Of a DNA stretch of 64,000 nt, positions 1-13,800 are shown in pieces. Both the position numbers and the translations under genes were made by a program. Source of the stretch: Tubiluchus corallicola (taxonomy: Eukaryota; Animalia; Priapulida); assembly GCA_030141605.1 (NCBI GenBank), contig JAQGDQ010000005.1, positions 488,607 through 552,606 of the forward strand, given 5' to 3'. Numbering within the stretch: position 1 is the stretch's first letter; each line of letters starts with the position of its first letter. The notes beneath the pieces are model-generated. The model had not been told where the DNA came from and did not search any database. It saw only the letters and a program-made list of their open reading frames with translations.

Positions 1-2
1 TA

Positions 3-130
3 AGCATAAAAAAACTGTTCGCTCACTTTAAAGATGAGTACAGACAAGAAATTCCAATAAAACAAATGGGCTATGAGAGCAAGTTGGAATTTATATCTCA
101 GTTTGCTCCAGTTTTAAATGTAATCAAGAA
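3..130 (+). other. LOTUS/OST-HTH-like domain (C-terminal part) at the start of the NOV-like protein
   Basis: Frame open from base 3: SIKKLFAHFKDEYRQEIPIKQMGYESKLEFISQFAPVLNVIK. This fits the LOTUS pattern L...Y/F...Y...IP....LGY.S..EFL...P....V. Confidence 0.65.
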
Positions 131-3100
131 AGCAGGCAACAACTCTGTGATAAAGATGAATAGGAATGAAACCACAGCAAAATACAGCTCAAGCATTCAT
201 CAAAAGTCGTGGAAGGAATTGAACAAAGTGCTTATCAAAAACACTTGTGAGAAGCTGCGTGAGTTGCAGAAATTGCCTGCAAATTCTAAAACCAAAGAAC
301 TTCAGGGTGATAATAATATGGCATGTGCTGGTTCTGTTGTTAATGGTGTCGGCTCATCTAAGAGACTATCTTCCTCTGCTATGGAAAAAAGTGAAACTGA
401 TAGTGATTGTTATATTGTTGGTACAGTGCCTGCAAACGAAGCTAGCAAATTGCAGCCATCCACAGCTGCAACTACTGATCAGAAAGTGATGTCTCAACAA
501 AGTCAGCAGAACCTGGGCATTACCAACCAATTTAATGCACACTCAAACCAAATGTTGAAACACATGGAGCACAAGTCAACTATTGATACTTTTTCTGGAT
601 GCTCTTCACAAAATCCTGTGTTACCACCACGCTTTCAAGGTTGTTTAGCAAATGCTGGTCCCATTCCATTGTTGTCACTGCCAATACGACATCCAGAACC
701 ATTTATCAATATAAACCAACCGTGCAGACCTAGTTTAGACAGTGGCAGGTTTAATCTACAAGGAGATTCTTGTCTTTCAGATTACAAGTTAAGTTTTCCT
801 CCGTGCGGTGGGTCAAAAAAATTTTCTGAACCAGAAGGTAATATGAAACAACTTGCAGATTTTGATCAGCCTTTAATAGAAAATGCTAGTCGTTGCACAG
901 CCAGAACCAAAGAACAAGTAAACAACATTGCTCAGTTTTGCATAGATAGGCTAGCAGAGCTGAACGAATTTGTAAGCTTTTCAGCAATAGAAAAACTTCT
1001 CTGTCGGGAGCTAAAAATAAACAATGTGGTTGATTTGCGATTGGGGCTACGAAGATTTGACGATCTTGACTGTATTCAACAGCATTTGCGAACACAGCGT
1101 AGAGTAAATGCATGTGTTCAAGCATTTGTGAAAGTGAGAAACATTTGCACTTTGTTTGAACTTAATGAAAGTTTAGGCGATTATGTGCCCAATAAAATGG
1201 CCTTCGAAACCCTTAAACTTGGTCCTTTGACACGACAACCAATTTTGTATGATATCTTTAAGATTCCGAGTGATATGACTGACATCTTGCCAATAAGAAC
1301 AGCAGATGTATATGAACATCTTCGTAACTACCTGTCTAGAAATGACTTGTGGACGCAGAAGATTGATATGGAGAAATTCATGGAGTATTTAGTTGAAGTG
1401 TATGGTGTAAAAAGTCCATACTATCTAGGAATTAGAATCACTAGTGGAGCTCTAATGATACAACAACTTAAAAAAGCTCAGCGAGATTGTGGCAGTTGTG
1501 TCAGATCAACAAAGGCAGAGCTAATGCAAAATACAGAGAAAAAGCTAACAACAGCATTCCGTCAATTCTGTGAACAGCTTCTAATCGAGGAAAATGGCAC
1601 TTGTAAAATAAAGTCACACTTTGCTCAGTTTGATGCCATGTCTGTTGTTCAGCAGTTTGCCAATGTTTTTAAAGCACTATACGACACTCTCCATTTAGCA
1701 CATCTCATGTCGCAGCCAGGAAACACAGAGGAAAGACACTGGCGGCATGTGGGAGAGGTAATGAAGTTCATGGCTGCGGTGAAAAAGTTGCCTATTTTTG
1801 CACAGTTGTTTCAGTTGGCACTGATAGTTTGTGCCGATGTTGGAACAGCTACAGGTTACTGTAACCATGTTTTAGAAGTGTTGGCTAATGTTATGCCTGC
1901 TAGATTAGTCACATCACATGAAATACCTGCTGATTTGGATGTGAAATCTTTGGGACCAGAAGTATCTACAGGTATATTTTATTTGTTTTTTATTTTACTT
2001 TATCACGTCTTAAATTTTTGAAAAATGACTTGCGAAATTGTTTGTTTTATGCCTAAAATCTGTGTTTGCATTTGCTCTTTTTCTGCAAACATCTTTTTGT
2101 GCCTTTATTTTTAATTTATATTGTTTGCAGTTTGTTTAGCTCTGATAAGTGATGAGTGAGTGATGATGGTTATATTGTGAGATAGAACAACTATCAAAAC
2201 TGTAGAATGGGGGAGGGCAGGTTTTCGTGATTTGTCAACACATATCTTCAGCTAAGTTGGAAATTGGCTATTTGCTTTGCTAATTTTATTAATCAGTAGA
2301 AATGTTCTTTCCTTATAATATATCTCTGTTGGTATTTTATTATTAGTTTTCACTTATTTAGATGAGGTTATTGCCAAGGTAAAAGAATATCTACACAAGT
2401 GTTTAATTGCTGGTTCATTGACTCTAACTCATCTGCACAAAATAGAAACTAAGCTCAACAAAGATTATGATGTTAACCATTTTGGCTTACTGAGGCATGG
2501 GAGCTTTTTGGAATTCTTAACAAATCCAGCTATAAAACCGGTATTTGAACTTCTTTTTTACACATGAACCGTTTGAACTGAGATGGAAAGAAGCTAAACA
2601 GCACTTCCCCAAAGGACGGGAAAGTTTTGTTTGATTCTGGTTTCTGCAATATCATTAATTTTTAACTAAATGCAAAACCATCTTATGTTCATATTTTAAA
2701 TATAAAAACATATGTTATTGTTAGTTTACTACCTTATTATAATAGTTAGGCTGTAACTTGTAATATAGTAATATAGTATATAGTTGTGTAGTAATTTTCA
2801 GCCTTGTGGTTTTTATATATAATGTTTTCGAATTGTCTTGTTAGTTGTAATGGATTGCAGACGTAAGTTTGAATACTAGGCATACATTGTAGTACCTGAT
2901 ATGTGACCACCTTTAATTTTTGAAATTATAAAAGCTTTATTTTACGTGTTCGCACACTTGAGCTTTCTACGTGAGTTATCAGTGCTTGTGCTTAACTTTG
3001 CCGGTCATCGTTTTTTTCCAAATGCTTTGCATAATTTATTTTTATTTTGTGTTAGGTTTTGGAAGAAAGTGTTGGGCAAACATTGGGGAGTGGTAAAGTT

Positions 3101-4819
3101 ACTACGCGTAGCCTTTACTGTCCATCACGTCATGAACTCGTTGAATTTTTAACTCAGTGCAGAACTATTGGCATGTCTCAGGCAAGTTATTGCATTTGGA
3201 ATTTATAAAAGAATGTGAAAGCTTTAGTTGCTACAGGACTAAAGCAGGTAAAGAGGTAAGGTCAATTTGCTGTTGGAGTTGTTAATTTTCTAGTCTTGCG
3301 CTGTTTGCTAAATCTCACTAACATATCTGGCACATTATCTAACACAACGCACATAACATATAGAGAAATGTAATTATAATGTATAATCTTCTTGTGATGC
3401 ATATGTGCATATTGTGTGATATTCATTCTAGGATAACACTGAATACACGGCCTGTGAGTTCTTCAAAGTTAAAGAAATAAAAGACTTTGGACATGGTTCA
3501 CTAAGTCACCTTTTACAAATTGCTGATAAGAGAGTGAAAGACTCTAAGACATTTCCAATAATCTTTGAAAAGCCTCTTTGTGATAACAGTCCGTAGGTAT
3601 TTTGATGATAATCTTTTCTTGCATTAAGTTTGCTCATTAGTTGTAATTATATTAGTGTAACAACACATATAAATGGAGATGTTCAATTGAGTTACTCTGA
3701 ATATTTACTGTACTGAGTTTTGCAAATTGAAAGCTGTTTCCTTCACCTATTATAACACATCTCATTTGTTATAACAGTAGTTGTAAACCTTGTCTTCCTT
3801 AACAAGAGTATGCTTATATATATATATTATGTTTATTCGCATATAAATATCAGTTTACATGCTTAGTGTAATAAAAACATATTACATAACAATAACAAAA
3901 GGTAAGTAATTAGCATGTGCATTCAGTTAGTTACAAGGGTTAGTAACATGGATATTACTTTTTTATTAGTAAAGCCGGGTATATAAAATTCATTACGAGC
4001 AGTCCAATATAAAACATAGGAGACAACATCACAGTCATTATAATGATCATTCGTAAAATCTATTGCATAAAACAGGATGCGATTTTTCCCTAGTGATATG
4101 CAGTGATGGGCCTGTGCTCACATAATTTCTTTACATTTTCAAATTACTGCTATGGCAAATATATCAGTTAGGTTTACAAAAATGTATGTGTGTTTGCAAG
4201 ATTAGCTCTAGTAGATAAGGAGCCTTTGAACATTGATAGCTGTTGATGATACACTTTTACTGGAATTGCATGATAACCAGTTGCTATTATTTGCTGTCGA
4301 AAGGCTTTGACAACGTAATAAATAATCTTAAATTAGTCACTATATTTTTTGTTTGTCCTTTTAATTTTAGGGTGAACAAAAGTAAATGAATGAAATTCTT
4401 GCTTTTATAATATGTGTAATATGTACAAGCATGCATTCTATACCAACTGAGAATGTCCCAAAGCAACAGGCTATCATTTACATTGCAATTCCTTCCAAAA
4501 CTGTTGCAGTTGGAATAAACAGCGTAACATTGTGATGCATATCTAGTAACCAATGTCTAATAACAAATGAATACTAAGCATTTATAAATAATGGAACAAA
4601 AGGCTTGTATGTACTTACATATATAGATCAACGCTGAATCTCGACATTCACGCCACGACAAGTAGATATTTTTTATGTCGCCTAGACTGTTCTGCCCTGA
4701 ATGGTGGCTACTGAATGGGCATTCGTTTTTTAAAAATTCATTTCTGTCCGAGATATGAGGGAAGGGAAGTGAGGTGTTGGGTGAGGAGGAGATAGAAGAG
4801 AGAGGGGGAGGAAGTGAGG

Positions 4820-4867
<48 letters not shown>

Positions 4868-7800
4868 ACTAGGAGTCCATGATTTTGCATGTATTGGTAC
4901 CCAGGTAATTAAGCATTTTTCAAAAAATGGGCATAGCCAGGTCGTGTGATACGAGTGAAATGTTGAAATTGGATCAGAGTCCCAGAAATTGGCAATGGCA
5001 CCTTCACTTCTAGGTCAAAGGTCACAGTAATAGGAGCTGTAATGTGAAAATTAGCTTAAATGGATTTGTCATTCAGCTGCTCTTACAGTATGACTGCGAG
5101 CATATATTTTGGCATGTTTGGGGAGCCAAGTAAGAGTAGATGTGCATTAAGTATTTTTCGGAAAGGAGGCTTGGCCAAGTCAAGATAAATGGACAAAAGT
5201 GTTAAAATAGCATTTTGTCAATGACTTTGAAAAAAGGATCAAGGTCAGCAAACATTTTCCAGTTCCTAGTACAAACACTTTGCAGACTCAGGCAATCATA
5301 TTGCGTGCTCATGTTATCATTCCAGTTCATTCTAGCAGTCTAATCAGTCTAATACTGTCTAGCAGCAAGCCAGCAACAGTTAATGCACTCGGAATGTGAA
5401 TTTCAAACTAAATCATAAATAGAAAAATAGCGGCCAGTACCATGTCAATGCAATAAATAATAGTGACAGTTAATTTATTGAACTAGACAGTAATCTATTC
5501 TGCTTGTGCCACCACTTGTATCTACATCACTTAAACAGAATAACTTTGCTTAGTTAGAGTCGTGTAAATGTAACTGAGTTTGATAAGCATGGCAGCCTTA
5601 AACGTAATTGTCATTATTAATAAAACATTTGACACTCTAATTACTATTCACACTAGAATTGTATATAAATATTGAACAGGTGCATTTTTTTTGTTTTTAG
5701 GTGCAAATTTACAGGAAAAACTGGCATACTCGGGCATCAGTCGGAACAAGCTGCTGTTTCCTGCTTAAGAGCTTGTCCACTACTATTTGACATGGATGAA
5801 TGGTCTATGTGGGCGTACATTTTTGCTCCACAGTTTGGAACGCTAAAAGAGTTTGTAACGAAACATGGTTCTGTAGCAGTAGTACCTGGCAAGTAATATG
5901 CAAGAATTTATATTTTTTAAATATGGTTCCAACTGTCTTTATACAGTGAGTCACCAGAATTAATATGTGTCTGGAGTGTAATACTCCCAATATGGTTCCA
6001 ACTGTCTTTATACAGTGAGTCACCAGAATTAATATGTGTCTGGAGTGTAATACTCCCAATTATAAATTTAGGTAACTGTCTTGCAACGAATGGAAATTCA
6101 TCATTTTTTCGTTATTATTTGCACCGAAGATTTTAGAACTCTCACTTCAGTCAGATTATTTTAACAAACGTCTTTACCATTCATTTATTTTTAAGCCACT
6201 CTAAACAGTTTAACTTTTATTTTATGGACTAACATATCAGTTAGTTAAATTATTCCATAAAATAAAATTAAACTATTTAGACTGCCCTTTAAAAATGAAT
6301 GAATGGTAAAGACTTTTTAAAATAAAGTCTAACTTATAGATGATAAGGCACAAGACTGCTGTTTCTTTTATAACTTATTTAGATTTGTCTATACTATATA
6401 GGTCACAGTGATTCAGAAAATGGAAATTTGCTTGCTTTGGAAGTAGATTCTGGCCGACTACTAAAGCTTCCTTCAACCACAAGTCTTTCTCATTTTTGTG
6501 AAGCTGTTAAACAACGGGATGTTACTTCTACATGTGCTCACCTTGTGTCCTTAGTTGTGCATTACAAAGGAATAAAGTCAACGCCACTTATGTTACTATG
6601 TAATGCAGTACAAGACAGTATGCAGACTCTACTAAATAATGTGCAAAACAATGCAGGTGCGCACTTATATGTAATTCTACTCTGTTTCATTTTATTATTC
6701 GTAAACGTTAGCATCAGGGATCTAGGAGAACCCATATGCTATCATTTTATTATGTTAAGCATCCAGTTTTCTACTGTTCAGTTCATATTAACTCGCAAAT
6801 GCACGTAAGTATTTAAGTAATGTGGGTAGATGTGTACCTGGGCTTTTAAGAAAGTTGAAATTCTCTAAGAGTCCGAGGCAGGAACCAAAATATGTAACAC
6901 TGAATAACTCTAAAACTGTAGTAAGTGGAGTCACGTAACTTGCAGGGACGACAACTAAGATAGGGGCTCAGACAATTGTGTGGTTAAAAAGCTGGTATTG
7001 TCTAAGGACTCGAGTTAGGAGCTAAAATGCGAAATCAGGCAAATTAGTTTTAATTCCTGTTAACTTGCAAACGAAGAAAGCTATGGTCATGAAATTTGCA
7101 GGGTAGGCACCTGGGGTAGGGGCTTTAAAAATGGTGTGGTGGAACAATGACCTCAGTCAACGGGTCAAGGACATTGGATATTGGTCAGTAATTCGATTTC
7201 CATTCACCCCACTTCTCTTACTGTTTTGAATTAAATTTAATTATTTTCATAAGTATTTAGGTATTGTGCGATAGATGTATAACAAGGCTTTGAAAAAGCT
7301 AGGATTCTTTCAAGGTCTGAGACAAGAACCAAATTGCATAACATTGAACAACTCTGCAACTGTGGTAACTAGAGTCATGAAACTTTCAGGGTAGAAACCT
7401 AGGCCAGAGGCTCAGGCAATGGTGTAGGGTATGGTATAGTTCCAAAGTTGGAATTTTTTAAGGACATGAGACAGAAACCAGAATGTGCAAATTTGAGCAT
7501 CCAGTTTTAATTCATGTTAACTCGCAAATGCAGAGTAGATACCTGTGGTAGGAACCTTGAAGATGGTGTGGTGACTTATGACCTTGGTCGAAGGGTCAAG
7601 AACCCTGAACACTCCATCAATTTTTCTATTGTCATTCAAGTCAGCCAAAGACTTTGAGTTCCATTCAAAATATTTTTCACAAGTATTGAGGTATTGTGAT
7701 GTACTTGTGTATGTAGGCTTTTAAAAAGCTGTGGTTCTTTAGAGACCCAAATAGATGCAAAAGTGCATGCTGATGACGTGATGAGTAAGTCTAAAATTAT

Positions 7801-10800
7801 AGTAGTTAGAGTCACAAAAGCTGTAGGGTAGACACCTGGAGTAGGTGCTTCTACTAACATGTGGTTAGAAAACTTGGAATTATTTAATGGCCCAAGATAG
7901 AAACAAATTGTGAAAATTGGGGTATTGAGTTTTAATTCATGCTAACTTGTGAATCCAGAGCGTTATAGTCATGAAATTTGCAGTGCAGATATCTGGGATG
8001 GCAGTGCCTTAAAGCTGAGCAGTGATGTCAATCAAGGGGCCAAAGGCACAGGATATCAGTCAGTTTTTAAGTGTCATTAACTCCTTCTGGGCCTTCGTGT
8101 AAAATTCATTTATTTCGTAAGCATTTAGTTGTTGTGGGTTAATAATCTATTATCACTGATTCAAACCAAGAATATTAGGCTTTTTTGACTGTTATTACGC
8201 TTTAGCTTAATGAAATTTGGCCAGTGTTTAGGAAGGATAAGTGGCATTACTGACTGTGAATAAGACCCCGTAATCTTGTACTATTTGGCCCTCAGTGTAG
8301 CCCTCATTAATAAAATAAAGCCCGAGTGAAAATAGTGAAAATAAAGCCCTCACTATATCATTACCCCTTTTTTCATAAATTTGAACCATATATAAAGTCT
8401 TAAGAAATGCCAACCCATTTCCACTGGACTTAATGACTCAGTGACTAGCTAGGCCAGAAACTGATAATTGTTGGATGTTGGCCAGGCCATGTGTCTGGGG
8501 AACTTAAGTCAAACTTTCAAAATTAGCAAAGCTTATAGCACCATCCAAAAAAGGAAATGTTCTTTGGGTAAAAACTAAGCACAGTTTCTGAAAGGGTGTT
8601 TCTTTGTCTGCCAACTATCTTCTGTCCTTTTGAAAAAGCTTGTAACTTAATATGACGTTCTTGGGTTCATAACTCGGATGGCTTGACCATTGTTGACCAG
8701 TGGTTATAGGACCTGGAAGCCATTTGATCTTCTTACATGCACACTGAATTTGGTCAAGTACGGCTTTCTTGTTTTTATTTATTAAAAAAAAGTCTGAGTC
8801 TTGGAAAATAACCATCATTGAACCAAAAGAATGCCATGTTCTGAATGCTTACATTTTGGGTACGTACATCACCATTTTGTGTAGCTAAACAAAACCCGAC
8901 TTGCAATTTTGACAGAGTGCATTTGATTACACATTTCACGGAACATATCTGTAGGAATTATGGCTTCCATTTACAAATATCATTCCATTTACAATATTAA
9001 GTATAGTAAAGGTTTTAAGTGTGGAAAAAGTGCCTAACCATGGCAACCCTTCTTAGGTGGCTGTTGTGTGGCGCATCGTTAGATAAACAATTGATTGGAC
9101 TGTTATCACTATTTTGGCAGATGGTGTTTCTGTGATGAGACAGGGCTTACCAAAAGGTACGGGACTGACGTGGGTATAAAAAAGAGCCGTAGTATGGCAA
9201 CCCTATGTGAGTGGCAGTTGTGTGACACCTCGTGGGATAGAGAGTTGATCGCAGTATCACCACCATATACAGTACATCAGTTTAAATGTGTATTGTACTA
9301 TTTCTAATAACTACTGGCAAAATGATAGACTGACGAAATGATATACTGGCAAAGTGCAGCTCTGTTTATGTATTGTACTATTTCTAATTGCTACTGACGA
9401 AATAGTACACTGGCGAAAACTTGCACTGCTAAAGTGTACCACTGTTTTTACGACTACAGAATTTTTAATAACTACTAGCGAAATGTTACACTGGCAAAGT
9501 GGTGCACTGTCTAAATATGTATTGTATTATTTCTGATAGTCACTGGCAAAATAATTGACTGTCTTTATGATACACTGCCAAAAAGTTGCACTGGTGAAAT
9601 GTACTACTATTTAAATACTTATTGCACTATTTTTATTATCAACTTGCAAAATAATAGACTGGCAAAATGATACACTGGCAAAATGATGCACTGGTGAAGT
9701 GAGGCACTATTTAAGCATGTATTGTACTATTTCTAATATCTACTGGCAAAATGATACACTGGCGAAAAGGTAAAATGCGAAACGATAGATTGGCAAAATG
9801 ATGCACTGGCAAAACGATAGACTGACAAAACATTAAACTTGCGAGATGTTACACTGCTGATATGATTCATTGATGATATGTTACACTGGCAAATTGCAAA
9901 CTGGCGACTAAAAGGCTACTAACTATTTGTTGTTAGCTAGCTAAGAGATAGCTAATGAGTGCCCAGTGTCTTCAGAAATATGTAAGATAAATGTAGGGAA
10001 TGCTTTTCTATATATGAATAAGGTTATCTTTTTATAGAATTATGAAATAGATTCTCTAAGGATTAATGAATTTACTTGCAAAAAAAGTTGTTCGGGGTTT
10101 ATTTCATTTTCTGAATATGAAATAGTGCATAGTGAATATTTTTCGACCTTTATCACATTTTGCAACAACCATGAAACTACTGTTAAGCTTGGGTGTTAAA
10201 CAAAGTTTGTCTTTATATTTTCAGAAATGGCCAACCAGAGAATGTTGTTGCACTTTGTCTTGGAATGTTTATGCCAACTACCTGCAAACATTTGCATTTC
10301 TGTAGCATTTAAGGTATTTAGTAGAAACTTTTTCAGTTGCAGTGAGTTGTTGTAGTATTTACTTAATATTGAATTTCTTTATGTACTGAATCTGGTAATA
10401 ATAATTTCTTTTTTCAAATTTTTTAGGTATTTCTGGAACCAATTGCACATTTTCTTGGATCAGCTCAGTCAAAGCAGCTGCTTCTTACTGCTTGTCATTC
10501 TCCAGCTCATTATAGTCGCCTTCACGTACTTGGTGTTACATTGGGTATTGCTGAATGGCGTGATCACTTTCTAAATGGTCTCACATCTCAGCAAGTGGTA
10601 GAGGAACCAAAGGTACGTTGAATAGAAATTTATATGAAATGAAAACGTTTTAGATTAAGTACAATGACATGTGCTTTTAGTGTAGCAAAATTTGTTTTGC
10701 GCAAAATTTATGCTATTTTCTTGAAAGAAAACTCATGAAATGAGTCTGACAATCTTAAATTGTTAAAAAGTATTCAAAACATATAATGGAAACTAATACT

Positions 10801-13800
10801 TTTATTAGGTGAAGAAACACTCTGCCTTGTTTTGTCTTTGATGCATTTTGATTTATTGCTTTTTAATTTCCTCTACTTTAGAAGAAACAGTCAGATTTTG
10901 CACTTGGTTTTGCTGACATTGATAGTGATCTGGATGATGTATACGAATTTGTTGAGGAAGAAGATGATGATTACGAAACTCTGTCAGATTCTGAAGATGA
11001 TTCAAGTATTCAAGAAATAACCCCAATGCTTAGACATGCAGGAAATGTGGGTGATACTAGGGACCTACAAATTTTTGAAAACAGTTTCACAAAAATGCAT
11101 AAAAAAGTTGACATGGATGTGACAAAAGACTCTCCTGAGACAACAAGTGTTGAAGATATTGTCAAATGTTTGTTAAGTGATATACTAGCTGAAGTTGAGG
11201 TGCGTGTGATTCAACTTGAAGATGATGTAAGCTGTGTAGAGCCCGAAGATAAATGCAAGAAACTGATTGAATTAATAAGGGAAGAAGAATTTGGCGTTGG
11301 CATAGAGCTAAGTGAAGATGGAAAAAAACTGATGAAAAAACAACAGGAAAGATTAGGCAGGAGTCTAGAAAGACTGTCCAAGGTAACAATGTTAACAGTG
11401 TGTAAGAGATGTAAACAAGTTGATGTATTTCAAAAATTCAAACTTTTTTTAAGAAAATAATAAAAATTGTCTGTTTTTGGATTCAGCAATAGTTTGATAT
11501 ATAAGTTCTTTGTCAATACTGGCCAATCCAGCAAAAAATAATTTCTAAGCTGATGCTTCAATGCTGTTTTTCTCAAATGACTAATGAAAAGAAATATGAA
11601 GCTGTTAATTGCAATTTTTACGCTTGGTATTTTTTTACTAGTGTGACCTTCCTAGTACTAAATTATTGATGTTCAGTATTTTGAACTCACAGCTATGTCA
11701 ATCTGAAATTTACTGCATGCAAATTTCGTATAATCTTAATTAAAATTTGTTTTAATGCAATTAAAAAGGCTTGCTTGATTATTTGCTTTTGTCCAAGGAG
11801 CAGTTTTATTGTGTGTTTTAACACTTAATGTTAATGTCACAGGAATTGTACAGCAAAGACACACACTTTGTTTTGGAGTTGATTCAAAATGCAGACGACA
11901 ATGAATATCCATTGGAACTAAATGACATTCCCTCTATTACATTTATTGTCAACAGAGATGAAGTCAGTGTTTTAAACAATGAATGTGGGTTTCAAGAAAA
12001 AAATATTCGTGCAGTATGTGATGTGGGTAAGACAACAAAAGGCAAACACAAATATGGATATATTGGTGAGTTTTTCATGTTTTAATAGATTAGTACTTGG
12101 TCATTACAGTTGTAGCTATTAGAAATTAATAGTTACTCATGTGTTTGTACTTTTTTTACTTTGGAAATTTGTTTAGTTTTGAAGAAATTGAATTTTCTTT
12201 GAATTTATATTTTCGTCTGTTGTAAATTCTTAGTTTTGTTCGCATGTTACATTGTGACGTGTATTCACTGTTTGCAAACAATTAGAAAATGGTTTTATTT
12301 AAATAACCATTTCAATATTTATACATTTTCTAGGACAAAAGGGCATAGGCTTCAAGTCAGTATTCAGAGTCACTAACAAGCCTGAAATTCACTCGAATGG
12401 TTATCATATGATGTTTGACTTGGAGTGTGGACCAATGGGCTATATCCTTCCTCACTGGTTGCCATGTGCCACCAACTGTCAAGACACAGCGTGAGTTGAT
12501 TCACATTATGGCAGGTTTTGTATTCTGTGTTATTGTTACGGTATGTGAAACACTGACCTGCTGTTAGGCTGTGTCTAAAAGTTACAAGTAGCCTTAAAAT
12601 AGAATTTTTGTTGCAAGTGTTAATTCACATTATAGCAGGTTTTGTTCGGTGATATTGTTATGGCATGTTAAACGCAAACTAGATGTTAGGCTGCGTCTAA
12701 AAATTACAAATAGTTTAACAGTTGCGAATGTTATGGTTTTGTTTAGTTATGTTGTCGAAAATCTCTTCTTTTTTGCCAGTAGTGGTTAAATAATGCATAG
12801 TGCGATATTTTTGTGATGCTTTGAATTCAGTTTCAAAGTCATATTGACAATGTAATATTTTTTCACACTCTATGTACACTATATTATACTGTGGGAACGT
12901 TTTGTGTTCACGTGGAGTTAGCTGCTAATTTGAATGTACGTTTACAGTGCTCAGTAATTTGCTAATTTACACAATTTTTAAGTTTGCAGTAACAATAACA
13001 ATCACAATGACGTATTTACCTGTCTCAGTGTTCACTTGATTATATTGTTATTACAATGATACTTGTAATTTTTGCACACTGAAAGTTATTGCTTTGTGCT
13101 TTCTTCAGAAAAGCCACAATAATTTCCAGTTATACTGCATATGATTTATAATATCAAGTGTACTTCACATGTTGTTTCATTCTATCTTACTATTTTTTGG
13201 TTAATGTCTGTGTTTCTTAGTGAGGCATATGTGTATCAGCTGAATAATTTTTTGATAAAAATGTTCTTGCTGTTCGTTATTGTTGCAGCATTCAGTCTGC
13301 TAGACTATTGTTAATTACTGCTAGTTGCTCAAACTTTTGATTCTAATGTTATGTTTATTTTATATAAAATGTAGTTGGACTACCAGAATAGTTTTACCTC
13401 TCAAGCCAAGTTTATGGGAGGAGACAAAACATACCCCAGAATCGCTAGCTTCTCGTTTCCATGATATCCACCCAGCTTTGCTTTTATTTCTCCACAGATT
13501 AAGAAAGATCATTGTTATAAATGAGGTAAATAAATGCAGCTTTTCCTTTCACATGTCGTTCTGTGTATTTAGTAAATATATAATTTTTTTGCCAAAAAAT
13601 GCTTGTGTTAAGTCAAAACGATATCATATCTAAAAAAATGTGCGTAAAAGTGATGCTGATTAAAAAAAATTATATCTTTCTTTACATGGCAAGTTTGCGT
13701 TTTAGATTATATGATTTAAGAAAAGGTTTTTAATGATGTCTTAACTACTATTCTAGGTTGAGAATGCAACGTTGGCAATGCAACGCCGTGACCTGGATAA

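Noticed and set aside
8228-9060. Possible transposase fragment or hAT end (tggcaaccct at ~9041)
   Set aside because: No matching opposite TIR and no recognisable protein motif.
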